A DNA stretch of 64,000 nucleotides from Dehalococcoidia bacterium. Lineage in GTDB: Bacteria; Chloroflexota; Dehalococcoidia; Bin125. Numbering within the stretch: position 1 is the stretch's first letter; every line of letters begins with the position of its first letter. Location: contig OZ253504.1 of the NCBI GenBank assembly GCA_965262235.1, positions 2,731,681 to 2,795,680 on the forward strand, read 5' to 3'. The notes under the pieces were generated by a model, which was not told the DNA's origin, made no database searches, and saw nothing but the letters and a program-made list of their open reading frames with translations. This document shows, piece by piece, positions 31,101-39,734 of the stretch. Position numbers and translations under genes: made by a program.

Positions 31101-32723
31101 AACAACGGCAACACGACGACCGTCGACGCCGGCTCGGCTTGCTATGTGTCGGGCTCCGGTAGCTCTACATTGCTATTCCGATTCGCGATTCGCGAAGGCC
31201 AAGGTGGTCAATTGGTCGTGCAGAGTCTGACCTCCAACGAAGGTGAAATGAGCGTAACGGGCTCGATCTATGCCGGAGACAGAGACAACCCAGCCAATCT
31301 TGCATTCACCGCGACCACGCCCGGTAGCGGGCAAGCTGCCGATGGTATTCGGCCACAGCTCAGATCATCGCGGTTGAGCGCTGACCGCACGAGCATCATT
31401 CTCGTGTTGAGCGAAGATTTGTCGGCAACCACGGCGCCGTTAAGCGCGTTCACCGTGACGGTTGCAGGCGAGGCCGCCACGGTGAGTTCGGTCACGGCGT
31501 CCAGCACCGAGGTCACGTTGTCCCTCGCGGCTGCTGTGGCCGCCGGCGCTCGGGTTGAGCTCGCGTACAGCGAGCCCACGCCAGTGGACCAACTGCCCCC
31601 GTCGGACAGGATCTGCGGCCTCGACTTCGCCGGCAACAATGCCAACGCGATTCAGGACCTGGTGGGCAACGATGCGCGCGGCTTCAGTTCCGTCGTCGAG
31701 GCCGGCACGATGCCGGACCTCACGGCCAGCCTCGTTGACGTGCCGATCGAGCACGACGGCGACTCGCCGTTCTCATTCCGGCTCTCCTTCAGCGAGCCGA
31801 TCGCCACCAGTTTCGTGTGGATTCGGGACGGGGCGTTCAGCGTGGCCAACGGCGATGTGACCGCGGTCCATCGTGTCCAGGGGCGCAGCGACCTGTGGAA
31901 CATCACCGTTGAGCCGAGCAATCGCGACGACATCTCACTGACGCTCACCGTGCCTGCCTCTTGTTCCAACTTGAAGCGGGCAGTGTGCACCTCGGACAAG
32001 CGAGGGCTCTCTGCTGCAGTCTCCGCGAGCATGCCCGGTCCGCCTGGTGAACCGCCCGCGCTGACAGCGGAATTCCTGGATGTGCCGCCGGAACATGATG
32101 GCGCGAACCAGTTCTCGGTTCAGCTTCAGTTCAACGATCCGATCTCGATCAGCTTTTCCACGTTGCAGACCAAGTCCCTGTCCGCTGGCAACGGGTCCGT
32201 CAGTGCCGTTCGCAGAGTGGATGGTCGCAACGACCTGTGGGAGGTCGACATCACACCGAACCGCTACCAAGATGTGACCGTGGCGCTGTCCGCGGATGAG
32301 GGTTGCGGTGGCGACAACGCCGTCTGCACCAGCGACGCACGAGCACTGACCAACTCTCCTTCATTCCGGGTCAGAAGCCGGCCGGAGCCCTGGTTTGCAA
32401 TCAGCGACACTGAGGTACACGAAGGGCCGAACGTCGCTGCATCGTTTGAGGTGACGCTCAGCCACGCGGCCCCGATCCCGGTGACAGTTGACTACGCGAC
32501 CGCAAGCGGGCGAGCAACCGAAGGAGTCGACTTCGAGGCGACAAGTGGAACGTTGACGTTTGCGGTAGGTGAAGTCACCAAGACGATTACGGTGAACATC
32601 TTCGACGACTCCGTTCCCGAAGTAATTCACGGCGGTCCGGAGGCGTTCCAGCTCCGCATCAGCAACGCGGATGGCGCGTCGATCCCATCCGGCGTCTATG
32701 GGGTAGCCAAAATATGGGACTAA
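25197..32723 (+). CDS. Giant multidomain surface protein (2508 aa): lectin-like N-domain, cadherin-like, Calx-beta, FN3, LRR, cadherin, SwmB-like, Ig-like
   Basis: Signal peptide ending QPARA; LRRs at 28010-28810; FN3 (VTLSWDAP...YNFQVRAVS); Calx-beta (VTVDYATASGRATEGVDF). Confidence 0.9.
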   Translation: MTDHIQRLVKWSALALLLAVSCFGWSIGAQPARADGGDEPSDSILVPRNWSLIPRGIPAGGEFRLLVVTKLMRDSSSTEIADYDAHVQADLAASNAHPGIAQYASLFRVVGSTTTVAARDHIEAGPEHEPGVAIYWLNGARVSESYRGFFSGKWQSYDASWNNGRTVPGDRLYGFYIATGSTNAGGRSFGEELGTRRQHFGRDSVAYGVLQAGGVFDYSLEADTVAPEASRPFYAISPVFRVMDDGTPHTVSVTITSDAGSDNDYGRGDTIRAKVTFNEAVTVSGQPILQLRFGRDEDHKAPYASEVVDAAYVASASTATELVFDYTVSADETDDDGLSIGRGAIRLNGGSITKQNASTKANVYNRLLKDQPEHRVNQAPFARRPQILSRPLSSSDEYGLGELIQFVIPFSESVEVNTAPGRPQLNIQIGRLKVKADFLYTNGSKVIFGHVVADRQIDVNGVRVKKNGLKLNGSTIRSVETGRDARFTFGWIDFSGHGVDAGLTPPASSNARLASFSLSGVSLRPAFDPDVTEYMGTAPNGVSETTLRSLAYDSAASVTFSHADADSDASGRQISLPVGDTTITLTVAASDQRSTKTYTIKVMRSMAGNLAAVSIVADEDSVVEGTATSFTLTRSAPLAGALTVALDVSQTGVVVATDGTYAPPTEITFTAGSATATLSVRTQSDTTDEPDGTIKAMLMPKIHYNLGEADSAQVTVSDDDDTPTATLQLSSASIGENGGVSTVTATLDRASSEGTTIALSATPVAPAAAADFSLSPNAELSIPAGETTSVGTVTITAQDNAVGNASKTVTVSARTTNAHSLNPPDALTLTITDDESSPTAPMHLTATPGDAQVTLSWDAPAAAADVTRHEYRHHEVGSQYANSWTEIPDSAPGETNEDGVTVSGLTNAASYNFQVRAVSDAGVSESSMDASAFVGAGQGICDRTDQVRTRLLSLLGNVSEIEDVSDCADVTAAHLAKITGEVKIVGSDLDSLKAGDFDGLTKVTQLLLYKQNITFLPDGLFSDMASLELLDLHVNHLATVSAPIFTGLTALEELDLSFNELYEVEDSTFAELTSLQTLKLFYNHLPRIRVQMFDGLTNLTELDVSRNWIATIEADSFEDLSSVTKLHLDFNQIVHWYPNMLAGLESIKRLRLDSNPFKEATVHSPFVDLSTLEYLNVDFGQLRFKFAPGMFKGLTSLETLAAMGNWREGNVLPLYMRLEMDTDHTIRVEIPAGAPFDVVAEVKVQNGSLADGATAITVNRGETKSDSVAVTRTTGTTGPVRVRFGELPSIPAGDPEADIGAHVGYGLSDSAGNPLLEVIPALPTLKLALSPSGVLEQDDTATSGVTESMTTVTATLKEPIGTPFSVTVSVAAVSPATDDAVTLSSNTTLSFAANSTTSTGTVTITAVDNDTATGDRHFTVSGTTSAAVAHGPDGVTLTVHDDEPPVAPSDLSASAGDREVILMWAAPNANHGVESFEYRYRASTETDYPETWTAVGGGYLGERQPIPALVDPHPSLLSPRSSSRAAGYRVRNLTNDVAHLFQVRAVNMAGTSGAPATSDAATPSEWPQVELVLSPAKIGEQDDSSTLLVDESVSIVSATLTEAVSVPFTVTVTAADSQSYSFGPNRVLSVAADSTASTGTVSMSAVYSTVAEPDAMITVSGAVSSTGRRAGVQTPQAVTLTIMDADNSPPTSEDATVRTDEDTAYTFQASDFPFFDGNIDDALQSVGILKLPQRGTLKFGEVTLSDGYKVDAANIGQLSFEPAPHEYGSKYTSFAFNVNDGEASSVLASTMTIAVTSVNDRPVFDSEAAPSAVEGQTLAGYVVASDADQGDAVQYAISGGADSALFAIDANSGQLTFATAPDFDNPSDSASTDPANAAENNEYVVVVTATGGSGDAALTANQTIIVTVTEAMETVRAERVISSVSLTSAPGSDQFYGIDDLVTLQVAFDGAVSVDPTPRASVGLSRTNNNGNTTTVDAGSACYVSGSGSSTLLFRFAIREGQGGQLVVQSLTSNEGEMSVTGSIYAGDRDNPANLAFTATTPGSGQAADGIRPQLRSSRLSADRTSIILVLSEDLSATTAPLSAFTVTVAGEAATVSSVTASSTEVTLSLAAAVAAGARVELAYSEPTPVDQLPPSDRICGLDFAGNNANAIQDLVGNDARGFSSVVEAGTMPDLTASLVDVPIEHDGDSPFSFRLSFSEPIATSFVWIRDGAFSVANGDVTAVHRVQGRSDLWNITVEPSNRDDISLTLTVPASCSNLKRAVCTSDKRGLSAAVSASMPGPPGEPPALTAEFLDVPPEHDGANQFSVQLQFNDPISISFSTLQTKSLSAGNGSVSAVRRVDGRNDLWEVDITPNRYQDVTVALSADEGCGGDNAVCTSDARALTNSPSFRVRSRPEPWFAISDTEVHEGPNVAASFEVTLSHAAPIPVTVDYATASGRATEGVDFEATSGTLTFAVGEVTKTITVNIFDDSVPEVIHGGPEAFQLRISNADGASIPSGVYGVAKIWD
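28010..28810 (+). repeat. Leucine-rich repeat block (about 9 x 24 aa) with Cys-containing N-cap
   Basis: F.GLT.L..L.L..N.L pattern repeated; cap CDRT...DCADVT. Confidence 0.9.
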
Positions 32724-32895
32724 GGAGTACGCCAACGCGAGAACTGACAGGCGCCGCTGTGTCCGGCGCAGCCTGCCGCGCATGGCGATCGCTGCGGCGC
32801 GTCAGCGCTGTGACTGCCCGGCCACACACCAAGCGCCGGATCGGTGGGCATCCGACTGATCGCTGTCATCAACCCTCGGTCATAGGACGTTGGAG

Positions 32896-32930
32896 ATCCG
32901 TCATTCCAGGTCAAGCCTGGAATGACGGAT
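32896..32930. terminator. Perfect 15-bp hairpin between convergent genes (bidirectional terminator or REP-like element)
   Basis: ATCCGTCATTCCAGG-TCAAG-CCTGGAATGACGGAT; no poly-U tail. Confidence 0.6.
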
Positions 32931-33034
32931 GTGGATGCCGGTCGACCGGTGGGACACCCTCGTCGGCCTTCAGCAGCTTCCTTCCGAGAACGGGGAGTGC
33001 GGATCAGCCTCGTTCAGAGCGTCGTTTGCGCGCT

Positions 33035-36000
33035 CTAGTTAGCGTCGTTCGGGGTCGTACCCGGTCCCGGTCCAGGTTCACGCTTGGCGACCAGGCTTTC
33101 TGGGGCCGGCAGGCCGTTGGCGAATCGGTTGTAGAACAGCTGGTTGAGGAACGCTGGTGCGCCAAGGAAGAGTCCTGCCCAGCCTTCCTCGTCGTAGTGG
33201 TAGACCGCACTCACCCCGAGCCCTCTGGCGCAGGTGACCAGCTCGTCGACGCTGCCTCCGGTGTAGCTGACCAACGACAACCGCTCCCCGGTCAGTCCTG
33301 CGAGACAGCGGGCAAGCGCAACTCGGTAGACCCGCGTTCGGCTACCGTCCTCCGAGCGAACGGTGATTGTGACCTCGCCGCCATCCCCAACGCTGAGCTG
33401 ATGACCACTGTCCGGGGTGTCATCCACGTCCGCCGGCCGAATCGACACTGTCGCGCCGCTGTGTGTGGGCTTGGCCGTCACGGTCGTCTCGGTCAGGTCA
33501 TAGCCCACGAGCGCGCGATAGCCGATCCGCACGGGCGAGAACTCGCCGTACTCGATGCCGCTCAGCGTCAGCTCGGAGAGGCGGGCGTCGATCGCGTCGG
33601 GCATGTTGTAGGTGTAGACCCTGTCGTCCTGCTCATCGACGACGAAGATCACGCCACCGTCGGACCAGATGCCACGCGGATTGCCGTTGCCCGCCTTGAG
33701 CAGGGGTTTGAAGCCAAACTCCTCGCCCTCACGACGAGTCAGACTCTCGCCCTCCAAGCGGTAGGCGAAGAGGCGCTTGGCGCCGTCGTCCGAGACCCAC
33801 AGCGTGACGCCGTCGGACCAGATGCCGCGGGGACTGCGGTTGAGCTTGTCCAACGGGTAGCGGCTGAGTAGTTCACCGCTGCTCAGGAGGTAGCTGAAGA
33901 GCTGGTCCTGAACGCTGTCGAGCACGTATACCGTTTCCCCGTCCGACCAGACGCCGCGTGGGTCCCGATTGGCCTCGTGCAGTTCCAGCTCCCGCTCCTC
34001 CAGCCGCTCACCGCTCTCGAGGTTGTAGGCGAAGAGTCGGTCCTGCCCGCTGTCGGCAACCAGGACGGTCACGCCGTCGGACCAGAGACCGTGTGAGAAG
34101 CGGTTGCGCGCGTCGAGCGTCAACCCCTCCTCCGGCAGCCGCTCACCGCTCTCGATCTCGTAGGCGAAGATGGCGTCCGGACCGCTCTCGGCGTTCTCAA
34201 GCACCCAGAGTCCCGCGCCATCGGACCAAAGGCCTGTCGGAGTGTCGTTGTCTCGATCCAGCGCCTCAATGTCTCGGGTGACGTTCCACTCGAAGTCCTT
34301 CTCGGACGGGATCGGCACCGGAGGAGGACCGCCTCCGCCGCCCCCGCCCCCTCCACCAGATGCAGCACTGCTGGTAACGGATATGACTCGTTCCTTTGGA
34401 GGAACGATCAGCACTTCGGTCACGACGCTGATGGTGACCACGACGCTGCTCGACCGGCCGGTCAGGTCTCGTGCCGTGACGACCACGGTGTAGGTGTCCT
34501 TGGTCTCTTTGACCAACGGAGCGACCGTCTGTAGCTGACCTGATGCGGCGTTGATCATGAACGAGTCCTCGTCCGCGCCACTGAGCGTGTGCGTCACCTG
34601 GTCGCCGGCGTCATGGTCATCCGCGGCAACCGGATCGCCAACGTCGGTTCCTGCGGGCTTGTTCTCAAGCACCAGTCGAGTCGCGGCGCCGGGCGGGAAC
34701 ACCGGCGGCTCGGCCGCGTCGCTGACAACCACCGCGATCGCCCGCGACGCGCTGGCCCCCAACGAATCACTGGCAACGATCTTGAAGTTGTGGACGGAGC
34801 GTGTCTCGAAGTCCAGAGCGTCTCGGACTTGGAGCTGACCGGTGGATCCGTCAATTTGGAACCAATCGGAGTCCTCGCCGCTCAACGACCAGTAGATGCC
34901 GCTGCGGTGCTCAGGGTCGGTGGCGACAAACGGCGCACCCAGGATCGTTCCCGGCGCAGCGGTCTCGGCAACCGCGCGCTGCGCCACGGTCGTATCCGCA
35001 AACGCTGGAGGGTCGTTCGCCGGGCGATCGCCGAAGACCCAAGGCCGGGCCTGCTTGATTGCCAGGACGTCATCGCTGGTGAACTTAAACTCAATCTCCA
35101 TCGCGAACTCTTGATCGTCAGCGGGGTCGTACAGGGTCTCGAATTCGTCATGGATCACGGTCAGTTGCGGGACCAAGGCGTCGAGACGGTCTTCGTGCAT
35201 CAGGAGCACGCCAGGGTCCACCTGGTTAGAGGTGAACGCCACGATCGTCCAGCAACAACTCTTGGCCGTCAGGATCTCTTCCGCCACCGATTGGGCTTCG
35301 GGATTGGTCACAAGATCCTCGCCCAGCTGGGAGTTGATGTAGTACGCATCATCGAAACCGTACAACGGATCAAAGCTGACCGCGACGCCGTTGACCAGCT
35401 CGTTCTGGTAACTGGGATGGATCAGGATGCCCATCGCCGCCACCAGGTGGTCAATGCGATGAAAATCGCGCTCCACGAAGGCGCGGAAGTTCCACATGCT
35501 CGCGTAGACTTCCTTGAGCGACTTGGCCAGATCCTTTTCATCCTCGCTTGGCTTTTGGCTCTTGGAGTCGTACAGTCCCGCGCCGTTGAAGCCCGGCAGG
35601 TCCTCGGTGTTGGTGCTGGAGCGGTAGCGCCGGTTGATCCCCTCGGGAAACGACTGATTCATCTCGACCAAGGCTGCGACGATCCATTCAGGCGTCTCCG
35701 CATCCTCGATGTCCTTGCGCAACTTCTTCAGCTTCTTCGCCTGGACCGCGTAGTCGTTCTGAAACTCGGCATCAGCCAGCATCGTGCGAATGCGGGAATA
35801 GAAACCATTGTGCCGCATGAACTCGTCGTAGAAGTAGAAGGGGATGGCGAACCCGTCGGGCGCCGTGCCGCTGGGCAGACCGATCGAGCCCAACACGGCC
35901 ACGTTCGTCGCCTTGACTCCGAACGCTGTCCAGTCGTCGAACTCGATCTCGCTGAGCGGAGTGATCGCCGTCACCGCCAGGTCGCGCCGCGGCGTCTGCG

Positions 36001-37666
36001 GATGCGCTGGCCGGGCAGCATCATAGTGCGCATCGACCTCCGCACGGCTGGCCGCGCGCAGCGTCCAGCCGAGCTTCGTCACCTCGTAGTAGACGTAGTT
36101 GCCGATCAGCGCGCTGATCTCGTCATTCTCAAGCGCATCGCGAATATAGGCATTGGGCACGTCGTCCTGCATGGCGCGCAGGTTGACGTGGGCCAGCGGC
36201 GTCTGCTGGACGGTGGTGATGATCCCGGCGACCTTCGACAAGTCGTTGGGCAGCGACTCGAAGAGCACCACGTCACGCGGGTTCGCTCGTCCGTCCGGTT
36301 CCATGACGCGCAGCAGGCCATAGCCTTCCCCCAGGTTCATCGGGGCGAAGTCGGCTAACCCGTGGATGTCGTTTGGCACCAGGACGTGAATTCGGGAATT
36401 GTTGAGCTGATCCGTGACCCATTGGTGGTCGAGCAGATCGGCGTCACTGATAAAGTAGGACAGGTTGTCCGTGACCATCGGCATGCTCGCTGCGAGCGTT
36501 GTATAGGTCCGGTGCAGAAAGCTGAACGGATGTAGTGGCCAGTCGAGCCTGAAATAGTATACGCCCTGACTGCCATCGGGAGCGGGCAGCCGCGGCTGAA
36601 ATAGCATCTCGCCAATATCTCTGATGCCGGGTAACGGATGCTCAAGACCGGCGGCAGCGCGGAAACTCAAATGGGTGGGGTGCGTATTCATGTTCGCAAA
36701 ATGCAGACGCGGCCGGTCGCCATCCATGCCGGAGACGAAGAAATTGACGCTCAGAGTGCCGTCGTGAGCCTCAAACGCGAGCGTTTTGAACGTCTCATGA
36801 TCGGGGATGGCCAACACGCCATCGGACCTCGCGATACTCGCGGCGGGATGCAGCGGGTTCATCGCTGTGGGGCTGGCGAGCTCAGTGATGTCGTCGATGC
36901 AGTCCCCGTCGATGTCGGCCGGGTCAGCGATTTGGTACTGTTCGACTCGATAGCGTTCCTGCGCCAACGCCTCGATATTCTCTTCCAGGGTCGTTGTCCC
37001 GGCCTCGCCCCGCTTGACCAACACGGGCGACTCAATCGTGGTCCCATCGACGTCGTGACTCACGTAGAGCACGAAGTAGTCAGCGGTGGTGGAGGCGACC
37101 ACGATCGGCGCCGCCGTCACGCTGACATCGGTCGGCTCGGGCGGATCTTGATTTCCGCCGCAGGTGGTCGCCCGCGCAGATTGCAGCGGTTCCACGGACG
37201 CACCTTGCTCAGACTGGTCAATCGGCTGCGTGACCAGTGTTGGCGCTGAAACCGGCGCCGCCGGAGTGTCGGCATCGGTGTAGCCCGACTGCGGCGAGGC
37301 GCCGTGCGCATTGACCGCTTTAATCCGGTAGACGTAGCGGGTCTCTGCCGAGACCGTGGCGTCGCGGTAGCTGGTCTGCGCCGAGCCGGTGTTCTCGTTG
37401 ATCGTGATGAAATGGCCGGGCGCATGCCGGTCCGTCTCACGCCGCAGGATGATGTAGTGAGTGATCGACTCGTCGCTGCTGCCGTCCCAGCTCAAGGTGA
37501 CCAGATCGTGGGCGGCGATGCTCGTGAGGCCCGTGGGCCGTGCCGGAGCCAGGGTCCCGTCGGCCGACGCCGTTCCGGGGACGATTGCAATCAGCAGCAG
37601 GGCGGCGGCAAGCAGCAGGGCGGCTCCCCGTCGTGCTGCGACATCCAACCGCCATCTCGTCGCCAT
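33035..37666 (-). CDS. Secreted PEP/pyruvate-binding (dikinase-like) surface protein, paralog 2 (1543 aa), with FN3, cadherin and C-terminal cassette
   Basis: Signal peptide ending GTASA; QTPLAHVNLRA; RYRSSTNTEDLPGFNGAGLYDS; EIEFKF..KQARPW; two cadherin units; poly-Gly hinge. Confidence 0.9.
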   Translation of the reverse strand: MATRWRLDVAARRGAALLLAAALLLIAIVPGTASADGTLAPARPTGLTSIAAHDLVTLSWDGSSDESITHYIILRRETDRHAPGHFITINENTGSAQTSYRDATVSAETRYVYRIKAVNAHGASPQSGYTDADTPAAPVSAPTLVTQPIDQSEQGASVEPLQSARATTCGGNQDPPEPTDVSVTAAPIVVASTTADYFVLYVSHDVDGTTIESPVLVKRGEAGTTTLEENIEALAQERYRVEQYQIADPADIDGDCIDDITELASPTAMNPLHPAASIARSDGVLAIPDHETFKTLAFEAHDGTLSVNFFVSGMDGDRPRLHFANMNTHPTHLSFRAAAGLEHPLPGIRDIGEMLFQPRLPAPDGSQGVYYFRLDWPLHPFSFLHRTYTTLAASMPMVTDNLSYFISDADLLDHQWVTDQLNNSRIHVLVPNDIHGLADFAPMNLGEGYGLLRVMEPDGRANPRDVVLFESLPNDLSKVAGIITTVQQTPLAHVNLRAMQDDVPNAYIRDALENDEISALIGNYVYYEVTKLGWTLRAASRAEVDAHYDAARPAHPQTPRRDLAVTAITPLSEIEFDDWTAFGVKATNVAVLGSIGLPSGTAPDGFAIPFYFYDEFMRHNGFYSRIRTMLADAEFQNDYAVQAKKLKKLRKDIEDAETPEWIVAALVEMNQSFPEGINRRYRSSTNTEDLPGFNGAGLYDSKSQKPSEDEKDLAKSLKEVYASMWNFRAFVERDFHRIDHLVAAMGILIHPSYQNELVNGVAVSFDPLYGFDDAYYINSQLGEDLVTNPEAQSVAEEILTAKSCCWTIVAFTSNQVDPGVLLMHEDRLDALVPQLTVIHDEFETLYDPADDQEFAMEIEFKFTSDDVLAIKQARPWVFGDRPANDPPAFADTTVAQRAVAETAAPGTILGAPFVATDPEHRSGIYWSLSGEDSDWFQIDGSTGQLQVRDALDFETRSVHNFKIVASDSLGASASRAIAVVVSDAAEPPVFPPGAATRLVLENKPAGTDVGDPVAADDHDAGDQVTHTLSGADEDSFMINAASGQLQTVAPLVKETKDTYTVVVTARDLTGRSSSVVVTISVVTEVLIVPPKERVISVTSSAASGGGGGGGGGGPPPVPIPSEKDFEWNVTRDIEALDRDNDTPTGLWSDGAGLWVLENAESGPDAIFAYEIESGERLPEEGLTLDARNRFSHGLWSDGVTVLVADSGQDRLFAYNLESGERLEERELELHEANRDPRGVWSDGETVYVLDSVQDQLFSYLLSSGELLSRYPLDKLNRSPRGIWSDGVTLWVSDDGAKRLFAYRLEGESLTRREGEEFGFKPLLKAGNGNPRGIWSDGGVIFVVDEQDDRVYTYNMPDAIDARLSELTLSGIEYGEFSPVRIGYRALVGYDLTETTVTAKPTHSGATVSIRPADVDDTPDSGHQLSVGDGGEVTITVRSEDGSRTRVYRVALARCLAGLTGERLSLVSYTGGSVDELVTCARGLGVSAVYHYDEEGWAGLFLGAPAFLNQLFYNRFANGLPAPESLVAKREPGPGPGTTPNDAN

Positions 37667-38357
37667 CTCGTCTCTCCTGCTGCCTTCCTCGCCTCCCTCT
37701 CGACCGAATACACCACGGATTCTGTATTATCCGATCCCCTCAGATCGGACTTATACACCTCAGTAGTGAACCTTATTGTACAGCATTGGGATGCGTTTGT
37801 CCCGTCCGTTAGACATGAGGAGACGGCATGCGGGAGGTGTCATCCCGCCAGAAGGCATGCCGCGGGGAAGCCGACGCGAAACGGTCGCGGTCGAATGAAG
37901 TCGGCTGAGGGCCGACAACCGCCGACGCGTCAATGCTTGCCGCGCAGTTCAGACGATGCCGCAGTGACGGAGGGGCAGCGGCGGATGACTCTGAGCCAGA
38001 TTGGAAGCAGGGATCCCCTGCGGGCGGTTCTCGAACCGCCCCAACCCGTACTCAGCCGTGCCCAGCGCCGCACTGCCGTCGTTGCGCCGTGGGTGGCGCC
38101 GGTGCGACCCGAGGAAGGCAGACCGGGGGCTGGCGACATGGCGCGCACATGGCAAGCGGTCACGCGTCAGCCAGGTGCGTTCCGCCGCCGGCCGATTCGT
38201 CCGAACCGACAATTCCACGAGCGCGCGAGTGTCGGAGCGAGCCAGGGCAGACAGGGTGCTGCGATGCTAGCAATTCGACCCAATACAATCGTCCTGTATC
38301 AATGCCTTGTCCGTGCGCCCTGAGCAACACTCGAGATACTAGTCAACCTATCGGCGT

Positions 38358-39734
38358 GTGCCTCGCGGTTGTAGATTTCACGTCTGGAGCTTGGCACGCA
38401 GAGACGTTCTCGATCGGTCAGGAGTGCAGCACATTCTTGGTCGTTCGAGCACCAGGCAGGATTCGAATCTCGCCACCAGGGAGCGGTTCGCGGCGCGGCG
38501 TGTGTTCAGCCGGCTGATCGGGTCGGTCGAGAATATCTGGCGGGAAGAGTTCAGCAACCCGCCGGGCAGCGGCTCCGATGAGTGGCGGCATGCCGCCACG
38601 ATTTCCGTGTGGGTACGATGGTTTGCCTCGCTGACGAGCATCTTCCAACTGTTGTACCGTCCCGATCTGATGTATGAGGCGTACCTCCCATACATCATGA
38701 TCCATGTGCCGTTGGTGGTCTTGAATGCCAGCCTGCACTATCGCCTGCGTTCGCGCCGTCCGATCACGCGCCGCTGGGTGATGGCGCCCAGCGTTCTGGA
38801 CTTTGTGGTGATCACGATCGCGATCCTCGTCGGTGGCGGGTTCCAGCCCTATTTCTTCCTTGCGTACTATCCCGCGCTCGCATTGTTTTCCGTGATCTTC
38901 ACCTCGTTCCGGCTCATCCTGGCCTGGACGACCGTTGTCGCGGTGGTCTATGTGCTGGGCAGCGTGTTCCTGGGCGACGGCCTCGATCTGGTGGCGAAAG
39001 ACGAGAAAGTCCTGTTCGCCCGAGTCGTGATGATGTACGCAGTAGTCGCCGCGGTCAATCAGGTCGCCCGATTCGAACGGCTTCGACGCCGGGCAGCCGT
39101 GGAGCGCGAGCGCGAGTTGTTGAGCGAACACCTTGAAGCGTCCCGAACCATCCACAACACGACGGCACAGGTCGCCTACATGATCGGAATCGGCATCGAT
39201 AACGCGATCCATCTTGCGGGTGATTCGGTTCCTCAACTGAAGGCCTCGTTGGCGGCGACGGCGCGGCTCTCCAGATCGGCCATGTGGGGGCTTCGCAGAC
39301 CGATCGATATCGGCCAGATTTTTGAGGGACGACCGCTCTCCCAAGTGCTCACGACGCACACAGCGACCTTCAATTCGATCACTTCGATCTCGGCAGTATT
39401 CAGTCAAGCAGGCGAGGAACCGCCGCTCTCGATCGAGGCCAAGGCCCGTCTGTTCTCGGTAGCACACAATGCGCTCGCGAACGCGTTTCGTCATGCCCGG
39501 GCGAACCAGGTCACGGTTCGGCTCGAGTTCGAGGCAGGCCGGATTCGGTTGGCCGTCAGCGACGACGGAATCGGGCTGCCCCCCGATTATGCGCAGCGCG
39601 GCCACGGGTTTGGCAACATGCAGGCCGACGCCGAGGTCCTGGGCGGTACGCTGGTGGTGCAATCGGAGCATGCTCGCGGCGGAACCACGGTGATCTGCGT
39701 CATCCCGAACGACCGGAATCAAGAAGGAACGTGA
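38358..39734 (+). CDS. Membrane-bound sensor histidine kinase, HisKA_3 (NarX/DesK-like)
   Basis: Several TM helices, IHNTTAQ H-box, AHNALANAFRH N-box, DDGIG and GHGFGNM G-boxes; start codon uncertain. Confidence 0.85.
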   Translation: MPRGCRFHVWSLARRDVLDRSGVQHILGRSSTRQDSNLATRERFAARRVFSRLIGSVENIWREEFSNPPGSGSDEWRHAATISVWVRWFASLTSIFQLLYRPDLMYEAYLPYIMIHVPLVVLNASLHYRLRSRRPITRRWVMAPSVLDFVVITIAILVGGGFQPYFFLAYYPALALFSVIFTSFRLILAWTTVVAVVYVLGSVFLGDGLDLVAKDEKVLFARVVMMYAVVAAVNQVARFERLRRRAAVERERELLSEHLEASRTIHNTTAQVAYMIGIGIDNAIHLAGDSVPQLKASLAATARLSRSAMWGLRRPIDIGQIFEGRPLSQVLTTHTATFNSITSISAVFSQAGEEPPLSIEAKARLFSVAHNALANAFRHARANQVTVRLEFEAGRIRLAVSDDGIGLPPDYAQRGHGFGNMQADAEVLGGTLVVQSEHARGGTTVICVIPNDRNQEGT

